A DNA stretch of 64,000 nucleotides from an uncultured Verrucomicrobia subdivision 3 bacterium (GCA_903850425.1 CAINLR010000183.1:32752-96751); one strand, 5' to 3'; shown: positions 34,736 to 43,126, numbered from the stretch's first letter. The notes: generated by a model not told the origin, from the letters alone. Made by a program: numbers and translations.

Positions 34736-35335
34736 ATGACCGCCCAAGATTTGATCGCCTTTGAGACGGAGATTGCGGATTTGTTTAATGCCGCAAAAAT
34801 CCGCGCGCCCATCCATCTTTACTACGGCAACGAGGAAAAGATGATTGAGCTGTTCCGTGATGTGAAGCCGGAAGACTGGGTGTTCTGCTCCTGGCGCAGT
34901 CACTATCAGTGCCTGCTGAAAGGCGTGCCGCCGGAAGAATTGAAGGCGGAAATTCTCGCGGGCCACTCCATTTCACTCTGCTTCCCGAAACAGCGCGTGG
35001 TGTCGTCGGCGATTGTCGGCGGCATCATCCCCATTGCGGTCGGTGCGGCGCTGGGTCTCAAACGCAGCGGCCAAGAAGGCATGGTGCATTGCTTCGCCGG
35101 CGAAATGACGAGCGAGACGGGAATCTTCCACGAGAGCGTGAAGTATTCTTACAATCACCAACTCCCGATCCGCTTCATTGTCGAGGACAATGGCAAATCC
35201 GTCTGCACGGACACGCGCGAGGCGTGGAACCAGCCGGTGTTGAGCTATGAAAACAACACCCATCCGCTGGTAACCTTCTACAAGTATCAAACCAAATATC
35301 CGCACGCCGGAGCCGGCTCGCGCGTTCAATTTTAA
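34736..35335 (+). CDS. ThDP-dependent enzyme, E1 alpha-like PP-domain subunit (short form, 199 aa)
   Basis: The ThDP-binding-type segment GGIIPIAVGAALGLKRSGQEGMVHCFAGEMTSETGIFHESVKYSYNHQLPIRFIVEDNG has the spacing of GDG-X26-NN but reads GEM...DN. It is much shorter than the E1 alpha lengths I recall. Confidence 0.6.
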   Translation: MTAQDLIAFETEIADLFNAAKIRAPIHLYYGNEEKMIELFRDVKPEDWVFCSWRSHYQCLLKGVPPEELKAEILAGHSISLCFPKQRVVSSAIVGGIIPIAVGAALGLKRSGQEGMVHCFAGEMTSETGIFHESVKYSYNHQLPIRFIVEDNGKSVCTDTREAWNQPVLSYENNTHPLVTFYKYQTKYPHAGAGSRVQF

Positions 35336-35347
35336 TTTTATTTTTGC

Positions 35348-35884
35348 ATGAAGTATTTTGACGAACTTTGCCGCGCGATGGAATACCTCGCGCGCGACCA
35401 GCGGACGATGTTTCTCGGCCAGGCGGTCGCCTGCCCTGGAACGGCGATGACGAACACGCTGAAGAATGTGGCACGGGAAAAACTCTTGGAACTGCCCGTC
35501 ACGGAAGATTTACAGATGGGCATGTCCACCGGCCTCGCACTCACGGGCATCGTGCCGGTGAGCATTTATCCGCGCTGGAATTTTCTGCTCTGCGCGGTGA
35601 GCCAACTGGTCAGCCATTTGGACAAGCTGCCCGCCATGTCTGCCGGCGGCTACCAGCCGAAGGTGATTATCCGCACGGGCATCGGTTCGGAGCGCCCGCT
35701 GCACCCGCAGCAACAGCACGTCGGCGATTTCACGGACGCGTTCCGGCTGATGTGCAAAAACATCGAGGTCATCCGCCTCGACGAACCTGAACACATTTTC
35801 CCGGCCTACCAAAAAGCATTGGAACGCGAGGACGGCAAGAGCACAATCATTGTTGAATATGGCGACTACTACAGCGAAAAGTGA
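35348..35884 (+). CDS. ThDP-dependent enzyme, E1 beta-like Pyr-domain subunit (short form, 178 aa)
   Basis: FLGQAVACPGTAMTNTLKNV ... ELPVTEDLQMGMSTGLALTGIVPV resembles the transketolase/E1-beta pyrimidine-binding domain (catalytic Glu context PVTED). No C-terminal transketolase_C domain is present. Confidence 0.6.
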   Translation: MKYFDELCRAMEYLARDQRTMFLGQAVACPGTAMTNTLKNVAREKLLELPVTEDLQMGMSTGLALTGIVPVSIYPRWNFLLCAVSQLVSHLDKLPAMSAGGYQPKVIIRTGIGSERPLHPQQQHVGDFTDAFRLMCKNIEVIRLDEPEHIFPAYQKALEREDGKSTIIVEYGDYYSEK

Positions 35885-37070
35885 ACCCGTGACCGCAGCA
35901 AACCTGCGCGACTGGCCCCTGATGTCCAACAACATCACGCGCGGCGACTTGGATGCCCTGATTGAATTCCTCAAGCAGGACGATCCGATTCTCACACAAT
36001 CAAAGAACGTCATCGCCTTCGAGCAGGAATGGTCCGAATGGGTGGGCGTGAAGCACAGCGTCTTCGTCAACTCCGGTTCCTCCGCGAACCAGATCACGAT
36101 GGCCGCCCTCCGCGAGCGTTTCGGCCCCGGCGAAGTCATCGTGCCAACGCTGACGTGGGTTTCGGACATCGCCTCCGTGCTGCAAGCGGGCTTTGATCCG
36201 GTGTTTGTGGATATCAATCCGCGCACGCTCGGCATGGACACGGCGCAAGTCATCGCTGAATTAAACAGCAGCACGCGCGCGGTATTCCTCACGCACATCC
36301 TCGGCTACAACGCGCTCGATCAGGTTTTACTCGACGAGTGCCAGAAGCGCAACATCCCGATCATCGAGGACGTCTGCGAATCGCACGGCGCGACGTTCAA
36401 AGGCAAACGCCTTGGCGCCTATGGCTTCGCCTCGAATTTCTCGTTTTACTACGCGCACCACATGAGCACCATTGAAGGTGGCATGGTGTGCACGAATGAC
36501 TACGAGTTCTACGAAATGCTCCGCATGTTCCGCTCGCATGGCATGGTGCGCGAGAGCAAGGACGCGGCCCTGAAGGCGCGCTACCAATCTGAATTCCCGG
36601 ATTTGAACCCCGATTTCATCTTCGCGTTTCCGGCCTACAACGTCCGCAGCACGGAAATCAACGCCGTGCTGGGTCGCACGCAATTGAAGCGTCTTGACGC
36701 CAACAACGCGAAGCGCACGCGCAACCTGAATTGCTTCCTCGACAATCTGGACCCGAAGAAGTTCTACACCGACTTCGACCGCGAGGGCAGTTGCAACTAC
36801 GCCTTCACGCTCGTTCTGCGGGAAGCGGATCAGGCGCTCTGGGATCGCGTCGAAAAAACGTTGCGTGGACGCAAGATTGAATTCCGTCGCGGCACGTCCG
36901 GCGGCGGCAATCAGCTGCGCCAGCCGTTCCTGCGCAAACTGCTCGGCGACGAGTTTGAAAAGTATCCGGCCGTCAACCACGTCCATTTCTTCGGTGCCTA
37001 CATCGGCAATTATCCCGACCTCGAAACCGATCGCATCGCGGCGCTCTGTCAGTTGCTCAATTCCATTTGA
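35850..37070 (+). CDS. DegT/DnrJ/EryC1-fold PLP/PMP enzyme of the sugar 3-dehydratase type (ColD / E1-like, His replaces Schiff-base Lys)
   Basis: FVNSGSSANQ, EDVCESHGA, and SNFSFYYAHHMSTIEGG, where the paralog at 43283-44392 has CFSFYPGKNLGAAGEGG. The start is uncertain (35850 or 35859); either overlaps the upstream gene by 26-35 nt. Confidence 0.7.
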   Translation: MLNMATTTAKSEPVTAANLRDWPLMSNNITRGDLDALIEFLKQDDPILTQSKNVIAFEQEWSEWVGVKHSVFVNSGSSANQITMAALRERFGPGEVIVPTLTWVSDIASVLQAGFDPVFVDINPRTLGMDTAQVIAELNSSTRAVFLTHILGYNALDQVLLDECQKRNIPIIEDVCESHGATFKGKRLGAYGFASNFSFYYAHHMSTIEGGMVCTNDYEFYEMLRMFRSHGMVRESKDAALKARYQSEFPDLNPDFIFAFPAYNVRSTEINAVLGRTQLKRLDANNAKRTRNLNCFLDNLDPKKFYTDFDREGSCNYAFTLVLREADQALWDRVEKTLRGRKIEFRRGTSGGGNQLRQPFLRKLLGDEFEKYPAVNHVHFFGAYIGNYPDLETDRIAALCQLLNSI

Positions 37071-37073
37071 TTT

Positions 37074-38597
37074 ATGAATCGCCCGCTGGATGTCCTTTTT
37101 GTAAACGCCGATTCGTCGGCCCTGGCTTATCAAGATTTGAGCAAGGATTTCTCAGCGATTGAACCGCCCACGTGGGCGCTGCTGCTCGCGCAAGCCTGCC
37201 GTTCCAATGGTTTTGGCGTGGCCATCCTCGACTGCGGCGCAGAACGGCTCTCGGAGGAACAATCCGTCAAGCGAATTGAAGAAATGCCCGCACGGCTAGT
37301 TTGCTTTGTGGTTTACGGCCAGAATCCGAATTCCGGCACGACCAACATGATCGGCGCGACTTCGCTGGCCCGAAAACTGAAGGCAGCGAAGCCGGACACC
37401 AAGACCTGTTTTGTCGGCTCGCACACCAGCGCATTGCCGATGGAAGTAATCTCGCTCAAGGAAGTGGATTTCATCCTGCTAAATGAAGGCGTTTATGCGC
37501 TGCAGAATCTGTTGCGGACGGATTTGCAGTCCAGCCTCGACCAGGTCAAAGGCATCGGCCACAAGCAAGGCGGCGCGCCCATGCTGAACGCGCCAGAGAT
37601 GGTCGTGCCGAACGAGCGGATGGATATTGATCTGCCGGGCTATGCGTGGGATCTGCTGCCCTACAAGAATACGCCGCTGGATTTGTATCGCGCCCACTTC
37701 TGGCACGCGGAGTTCAACCACGATCTGCGCACACCGTTCGCCGCGATCTATACGTCGCTGGGCTGCAAATTCAAATGCGATTTCTGCATGATCAACATCG
37801 TCAACCGCACGGACAATGCGGATGGCGTGGTCTCGGCAAATTCGCCGAACATGCGGTTCTGGTCGCCGCAGTTCATGCTCAAGGAATTTGAAAAGCTTGC
37901 CGCGATGGGCGCAAAGACCATCCGCGTCTCGGACGAGATGTTCTTCCTGAACAAGAACTATTACGAGCCGCTGCTGGACGGACTCATCGAACGCCAGTTG
38001 GACTTGCGGATGTGGACCTATTCCCGCATTGACACCGTGCGTCCGCAGTATCTGGAGAAATTCCGCAAGGCGGGCATCAACTGGCTGGCACTGGGTGTCG
38101 AGGCCGGCAACCAACTGGTGCGCCGCGAAGTTTCCAAAGGCAGTTTTCAGGACGTCAACATCCGCGAAGTCATCAAGACCGTCCGCGAATCCGGCTTGTA
38201 TGTCATTTCCAATTACATCTTCGGCTTTCCCGAAGATACGCACGACACGATGCAGCAAACGCTCGATCTCGCACTGGAACTGAACACGGAGATGGCCAAC
38301 ATGTATCCGTGCCAGGCGCTGCCGGGCAGCCCGCTTTATTACACGGCCAAGGCGAACGGCTGGAAACTCCCCTCCTCGCCGAGCGGCTATGGATTCCTTT
38401 CCTACGACAGCGAACCGTTGCCGACGAAGCATCTCTCCGCCGCACAGGTGCTGAAATTCAGAGATGAAGCCTGGAAGACCTATTTCACCAATCCGGCTTA
38501 CTTGCAGTCGGTGGAAAAAACCTTCGGCCCGCAGCAGCGCAAAAATGTCGAGGCCATGGCCAGTTTCCGGTTGAAACGGAAATTGCTGGGCGATTAA
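37074..38597 (+). CDS. B12-binding-domain radical SAM enzyme (class B, methyltransferase-like)
   Basis: N-terminal Rossmann-like B12 domain (VLFVNADSS...AILDCGAE...FVVYGQNP), then a CX3CX2C cluster SLGCKFKCDFCMI. 507 aa. Confidence 0.8.
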   Translation: MNRPLDVLFVNADSSALAYQDLSKDFSAIEPPTWALLLAQACRSNGFGVAILDCGAERLSEEQSVKRIEEMPARLVCFVVYGQNPNSGTTNMIGATSLARKLKAAKPDTKTCFVGSHTSALPMEVISLKEVDFILLNEGVYALQNLLRTDLQSSLDQVKGIGHKQGGAPMLNAPEMVVPNERMDIDLPGYAWDLLPYKNTPLDLYRAHFWHAEFNHDLRTPFAAIYTSLGCKFKCDFCMINIVNRTDNADGVVSANSPNMRFWSPQFMLKEFEKLAAMGAKTIRVSDEMFFLNKNYYEPLLDGLIERQLDLRMWTYSRIDTVRPQYLEKFRKAGINWLALGVEAGNQLVRREVSKGSFQDVNIREVIKTVRESGLYVISNYIFGFPEDTHDTMQQTLDLALELNTEMANMYPCQALPGSPLYYTAKANGWKLPSSPSGYGFLSYDSEPLPTKHLSAAQVLKFRDEAWKTYFTNPAYLQSVEKTFGPQQRKNVEAMASFRLKRKLLGD

Positions 38598-38603
38598 CTC
38601 GCC

Positions 38604-39557
38604 ATGAAAAAGGTTCTCGTCACCGGCGGCACCGGCTTTGTCGGCAAACACCTGCAATCGGAACTCACGCGACGCGGCATCGCCCACTTCGCGTTTGGCG
38701 GACGTCAGTTCGACCTGACCAAATGGGATCAAGCCAAAGCCGTCTTCCAGCAACATCAGGATGTGGATTTGATTCTGCACCTGGCCAGTTTTCAAGCGGC
38801 GGGAGAATTTCCCGGCCAGCACACGGCGGAACAATACTTCGTCAATACTCTCATCCACAGCCACACGCTGGAGGCTTGGCGGAAGTTTATTCCCGGTGCC
38901 AAGCTGATCACCGTTGGCGCTTCGTGCGCGTATCCGAGCGCGGCGCAGGGGATGACCGAGGATAAGTTTTTCGAGGGTGCCATCCACGGCAGCGTTTATT
39001 CCTACGGCGCGACCAAGCGAATGCTTTATACCGGCATCCTTGCTTACAACGACCAATACAAACTGAACGGCAGCTACGTTGTTCCGGCCGCGATGTATGG
39101 CGAAGCTGACGATTTTAACGAGGCGACGGCGCACGTTCCGGCCGCGCTAGTCGGGCGTTTTGCCCGCGCGGTGAAGTCCAACGCGCCGGAAGTGGAGATC
39201 TGGGGCGACGGCTCCCAGGTGCGCGATTTCATGGACGTGAAGATATTTGTAAATGGGCTGCTCGACATCGCGCCACGCCTGGATCACGATTTGATTAACC
39301 TCGTCCCGCATGGCGGAAAAACTGTGAAGGAGCTGGCACTCACCGTCTGTGAAGCTTCGGGCTATCAAGGCAAAGTGGTATTCAACGCCAACCGTTACAC
39401 CGGTGCTAAGGAAAAATTTCTGGATGCCAACAAGCTGCGGGAAAAGTTCGGCATGGTCATCAATGGCGACCTCGCCCCCGGCATCCGCCGCACGATGGAT
39501 TGGTATTTCGCAAATTACGAAGCCGTGAAGGACCGGCGAAAGTTTCCGAAAACATGA
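38604..39557 (+). CDS. NAD(P)-dependent sugar epimerase/reductase (GDP-L-fucose synthase / ColC-like SDR)
   Basis: KVLVTGGTGFVGKHL, with catalytic YSYGATK (YxxxK). Confidence 0.8.
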   Translation: MKKVLVTGGTGFVGKHLQSELTRRGIAHFAFGGRQFDLTKWDQAKAVFQQHQDVDLILHLASFQAAGEFPGQHTAEQYFVNTLIHSHTLEAWRKFIPGAKLITVGASCAYPSAAQGMTEDKFFEGAIHGSVYSYGATKRMLYTGILAYNDQYKLNGSYVVPAAMYGEADDFNEATAHVPAALVGRFARAVKSNAPEVEIWGDGSQVRDFMDVKIFVNGLLDIAPRLDHDLINLVPHGGKTVKELALTVCEASGYQGKVVFNANRYTGAKEKFLDANKLREKFGMVINGDLAPGIRRTMDWYFANYEAVKDRRKFPKT

Positions 39558-40735
39558 GTTCGCCAACCATTCATCCGGGCGAGATCACCATCATTATGGC
39601 CACGCGCGGCCGGCCAGAGATGCTCGCGCAGGTTTTCGCCTCACTCAAAGCCCACACCGCACAGAAAGACAAGGTCTGCATCTGGCTTTATGTGGACGAG
39701 GACGATCGGGTGACACGGGATGCGATTGAGGCGGGGAAATTGAGCGATGCCGGCATCAAGATCAACTGGCACTTCGGCGGCCAGACTGCCGGCCTTTGTG
39801 AAACACAGCACACGCTCTGGCACAATTCCGGCCACACGTCCGAGATCTACATGATCACCTGCGACGACGCCGTTTACAGCACGCCCGGCTGGGACGACGT
39901 GCTGCGCGACGCTTCCAAACAATTTCCCGATGGCATATTTGTGGCCAGTCCGCATGACCCGATGACGGCGGACACCTGCACGTATCCCATCTTCGGCTGG
40001 CGCTGGCTGGAAACGTTGCAGACGATTTTCCCCGGGCATTTTCCCTACTGGTATGATGACCGCTGGGTGCATCAAATTGGTGAGCTGAGCGGAAGGTTTG
40101 TCTGGCTTTCCATTGTGATGAATGGCATTCGGGGCAAGGGAAAAACCCGGCGCATGCGTGACTTGCCGTTTTGGGCACGTTTCTTCCAACTCGCGCTCGA
40201 CGAACGAAAAACTTCTGCGAAAAAACTGATTGAAGCCATGAATCTTGACCCTGCAAACAAGCAAGCCGCTCTCGCAAAAGCGGACCAACGCGCGACGGAA
40301 ATTGAGGCGCAACAGGACAAGAAATTCTCCGACCTTTACGCGGTGTTTCAGGAAGAACGGTTCACGTTGCATACTCCGGAGGAGCGGCGCGCGTGGAATC
40401 CGGCTTATTTCCAGAAGGAATCCGCCGCCGTGGCGCAAATGCTTGGCTATGCCCAGCAGCGCATCGCTGAAAAAAAATTCGAGGAGGCGCTGAAGTTCAT
40501 TGATGCCACGTTCATGTCCAATCTGCGCGTCCGGCAGGCGCAGGACATGAAGGTGGCATGCCTCCGCGCGCTGGGCAGAAACGCCGAAGCGGACAAACTC
40601 GCCGGTGAAGTTCTGGCTGCGTGGCCTGAAATGAATGCCGCCCGCCGCCTGTTTCGTTTTCTCGGCATGGTTGCCAGCGACGGCAAAGCCATGGTCGTCG
40701 GTTTTCTTTCCGGCGGCGGCAAGAAAAAGAAATGA
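39554..40735 (+). CDS. GT-A-like glycosyltransferase candidate with helical C-terminal half
   Basis: ATG 39554 overlaps the upstream stop (ATGA). N-terminal EITIIMATRGRPEML ... LYVDEDD ... ITCDDAV resembles a GT2-like fold with acidic motifs. The C-terminal roughly 180 aa is helical and TPR-like. The family call is weak. Confidence 0.4.
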   Translation: MSSPTIHPGEITIIMATRGRPEMLAQVFASLKAHTAQKDKVCIWLYVDEDDRVTRDAIEAGKLSDAGIKINWHFGGQTAGLCETQHTLWHNSGHTSEIYMITCDDAVYSTPGWDDVLRDASKQFPDGIFVASPHDPMTADTCTYPIFGWRWLETLQTIFPGHFPYWYDDRWVHQIGELSGRFVWLSIVMNGIRGKGKTRRMRDLPFWARFFQLALDERKTSAKKLIEAMNLDPANKQAALAKADQRATEIEAQQDKKFSDLYAVFQEERFTLHTPEERRAWNPAYFQKESAAVAQMLGYAQQRIAEKKFEEALKFIDATFMSNLRVRQAQDMKVACLRALGRNAEADKLAGEVLAAWPEMNAARRLFRFLGMVASDGKAMVVGFLSGGGKKKK

Positions 40736-41931
40736 CTTACGACACGGTCATTGTGGGCGGCGGGATCGTCGGACTGGCGACGGCTTTTCGGTTATTGGAA
40801 GCGAGGCCGCAGTTGAAAATTTTGCTGCTTGAGAAAGAGGCGAAACTCGCCGCGCATCAGACCGGCAACAACAGCGGTGTCCTCCATTCGGGACTTTACT
40901 ACAAACCCGGTTCGGAGAAGGCGCGTCTGAGCGTCAGCGGACTGCAACAGATTATCGCCTTCTGCCGCGAGCACGGCATCGCGCACGAGCAGTGCGGAAA
41001 AATCGTGGTCGCGACCACCAAGGAAGAAGTGGAACAGCTTGAAAATTTATGGACGCGGGGCAACGCGAACGGGCTCCTCGGCTTGCGGAAACTGAATCCC
41101 GCGCAGATCAAGGAGATCGAACCTCATGCCACCGGGCTGGCGGCGATTCATGTGCCGCAGGAAGGCATCGTGGATTATCCCGCGGTTTGCGAGAAACTCG
41201 GCGAACTCATCCGCCTGCGCGGCGGCGAAATCAAGCTCAACACCCGCGTGGAAAAAATTCTTCCCGCTGGCGGCGAAAAGGTGGTTGAAACTTCCGCTGG
41301 AACATTTCGCGCCAAGTTCGTCATTGCGTGCGGCGGGTTGCACGCGGACCGGCTCGTGAAAGCCGCCGGGCAAAAACCGACCGCCAAGATCATTCCGTTT
41401 CGCGGCGAATATTTTCAGATCAAAAAAGCGCGGCAGCATCTGGTCCGGCATTTGATCTACCCCGTGCCCGATCCGAAGTTTCCCTTCCTCGGCGTGCATT
41501 TCACCCGCTTGGTGCATGGCGGCATTGAAGCCGGACCCAATGCCGTGCTCGCCTTCGCGCGCGAAGGCTACAAATGGACGGACGTGAACGTGCGCGATCT
41601 GGCGGAATCGCTGTGCTTTCCCGGCTTGTGGAAATTTCTGGCGAAATATCCAAGCCTGTGCGGCTACGAAATTCGCCGCTCGCTCTCCAAAGCTGAGTTC
41701 TGCCGATCCTTGCAAAAGCTCGTGCCGGACATCCGCGAGGACGATTTGGAAACGGGCGGGGCCGGCGTGCGCGCACAGGCGATGCTGCCGGACGGAAAAC
41801 TGGTGGAAGATTTTCACTTCGACGAGGCCCCCGGCATTCTGCACGTCGTCAACGCGCCATCGCCCGCCGCCACGGCGTCGCTCGCGATCGGGCAGACGAT
41901 TTGCCAGCGGGTATTGCCTTCGCTGAGTTAG
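40732..41931 (+). CDS. lhgO: FAD-dependent L-2-hydroxyglutarate oxidase-like protein
   Basis: MTYDTVIVGGGIVGLATAFRL ... LLLEKEAKLAAHQTGNNSGVLHSGLYYKPGS closely follows the LhgO N-terminus as I recall it. The start overlaps the upstream stop (ATGA 40732-40735). Confidence 0.75.
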   Translation: MTYDTVIVGGGIVGLATAFRLLEARPQLKILLLEKEAKLAAHQTGNNSGVLHSGLYYKPGSEKARLSVSGLQQIIAFCREHGIAHEQCGKIVVATTKEEVEQLENLWTRGNANGLLGLRKLNPAQIKEIEPHATGLAAIHVPQEGIVDYPAVCEKLGELIRLRGGEIKLNTRVEKILPAGGEKVVETSAGTFRAKFVIACGGLHADRLVKAAGQKPTAKIIPFRGEYFQIKKARQHLVRHLIYPVPDPKFPFLGVHFTRLVHGGIEAGPNAVLAFAREGYKWTDVNVRDLAESLCFPGLWKFLAKYPSLCGYEIRRSLSKAEFCRSLQKLVPDIREDDLETGGAGVRAQAMLPDGKLVEDFHFDEAPGILHVVNAPSPAATASLAIGQTICQRVLPSLS

Positions 41932-41934
41932 CCT

Positions 41935-42008
41935 CACGCCAAGAGCGCGAAGGACGCAAAGGGAAAAATAGGGACCCAACTTTGCGGCCTTGGTGACCTT
42001 TGCGTGAA
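41935..42008. terminator. Nested imperfect hairpin between convergent genes (candidate bidirectional terminator)
   Basis: tcacgc (41935-41940) pairs with gcgtga (42003-42008), ccaag (41940-41944) with cttgg (41990-41994), and cgcaaag (41956-41962) with ctttgcg (41981-41987). An A-run follows on the plus strand (gtgaaaaatc). Confidence 0.35.
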
Positions 42009-42011
42009 AAA

Positions 42012-42773
42012 TCAAAGCCCCGTCGGATGGTCCAGAAATTCCCACGGCAGCTTGAATGTTTTGGAAAGTTCCGCCGCCAGAGCCTTCACGCCAAAAGTCT
42101 CCGTCGCGTAATGGCCGCCGTAGAAAACATTCAAGTCCAGCTCCTCGGCGAGCGCGTAAGTCCAGTGCGGGCCTTCGCCGGTGATGAAGGTATCCACGCC
42201 CTCGCTCGCTGCCACCTTCAAATCGCCACCCGCGCCACCGGTGACCACACCGATGCAATCGCAAATTTCCTTTCCACCGGGAAGGATCGTGGGCTTTGCG
42301 CCAGTCGCGCGTTCCAGTCGTGCCGCCAGTTCGTTTCGGGAAATTCTAGTTTGCGACTTGAACCCGATGGTCTGTCCATGGCTGGCAAAGAACGGCTTCA
42401 ATTTTCTTAGGCCAAGCGCGGCACACAACTGCGCGTTGTTGCCAAACTTGGGATGCGCGTCGAGCGGCAGATGGGAGCTGTAAACCGCGAGCTTGTTCTC
42501 AATGAGGAGTTGGACCAGCTCATATTTCTTACCCGTCCACGGCTGTGCCGGATTCCAAAACAGGCCGTGATGCACGATCAACAGATCTGCCTTGGCCGCG
42601 ATTGCCAGCTTCACCGTGGCCAGGCTGGCATCCACCGTCGCCGCGATGCGGGTGACCGTGCCGGAGTTTTCCACCTGCAAACCGTTGACCGCACCGTCGT
42701 AGTCGCCAATTTCACTGGTGCGAAGAACTTGGTCACAGTAATTGACGATGGTGGCAAGTGCGGCTTTCGGCAT
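42012..42773 (-). CDS. Nif3-family dinuclear metal-centre protein (GTP cyclohydrolase 1 type 2 homolog)
   Basis: DLLIVHHGLFW, and C-terminal FITGEGPHWTYALAEE ... YGGHYATE, typical of NIF3/YqfO. Confidence 0.8.
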   Translation of the reverse strand: MPKAALATIVNYCDQVLRTSEIGDYDGAVNGLQVENSGTVTRIAATVDASLATVKLAIAAKADLLIVHHGLFWNPAQPWTGKKYELVQLLIENKLAVYSSHLPLDAHPKFGNNAQLCAALGLRKLKPFFASHGQTIGFKSQTRISRNELAARLERATGAKPTILPGGKEICDCIGVVTGGAGGDLKVAASEGVDTFITGEGPHWTYALAEELDLNVFYGGHYATETFGVKALAAELSKTFKLPWEFLDHPTGL

Positions 42774-42880
42774 GGGTGGATGAAATCAAATCGGCCGTAT
42801 TCTGAAAAGCGGGAAACACCGATGAAAAAAGGCTCCCACGAAAAGAAGCCGATGGCCCGGAAAAACTGGCGCGGTTTTTT

Positions 42881-43126
42881 CTACTCACTGTGGTGAAACT
42901 TCGCGGCCGGATTTTGGATGAAGATGGTGGTGTCGCCGCTGTGCTGGACGCCATCCAGCCGGATCATGGCTTGGCACAACGTCTGGTTGATATTGAAGGG
43001 CGGGCCGTGCAATTCATAGCCGGCCTTGAGCTTGCGGTTCACCTTGTCGGCAAAGTGATGAAAGCCAGCGTGAAAATCATCTTCGTTGCTGACCACGACA
43101 ATATAATCGGCAGAGTGGGTTGACAT
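42881..43126 (-). CDS. Small hypothetical protein (DUF1737-like?)
   Basis: 81 aa: MSTHSADYIVVVSNEDDFHAGFHHFADKVNRKLKAGYELHGPPF.... The pattern and size resemble DUF1737, but this is from memory only. Confidence 0.35.
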   Translation of the reverse strand: MSTHSADYIVVVSNEDDFHAGFHHFADKVNRKLKAGYELHGPPFNINQTLCQAMIRLDGVQHSGDTTIFIQNPAAKFHHSE

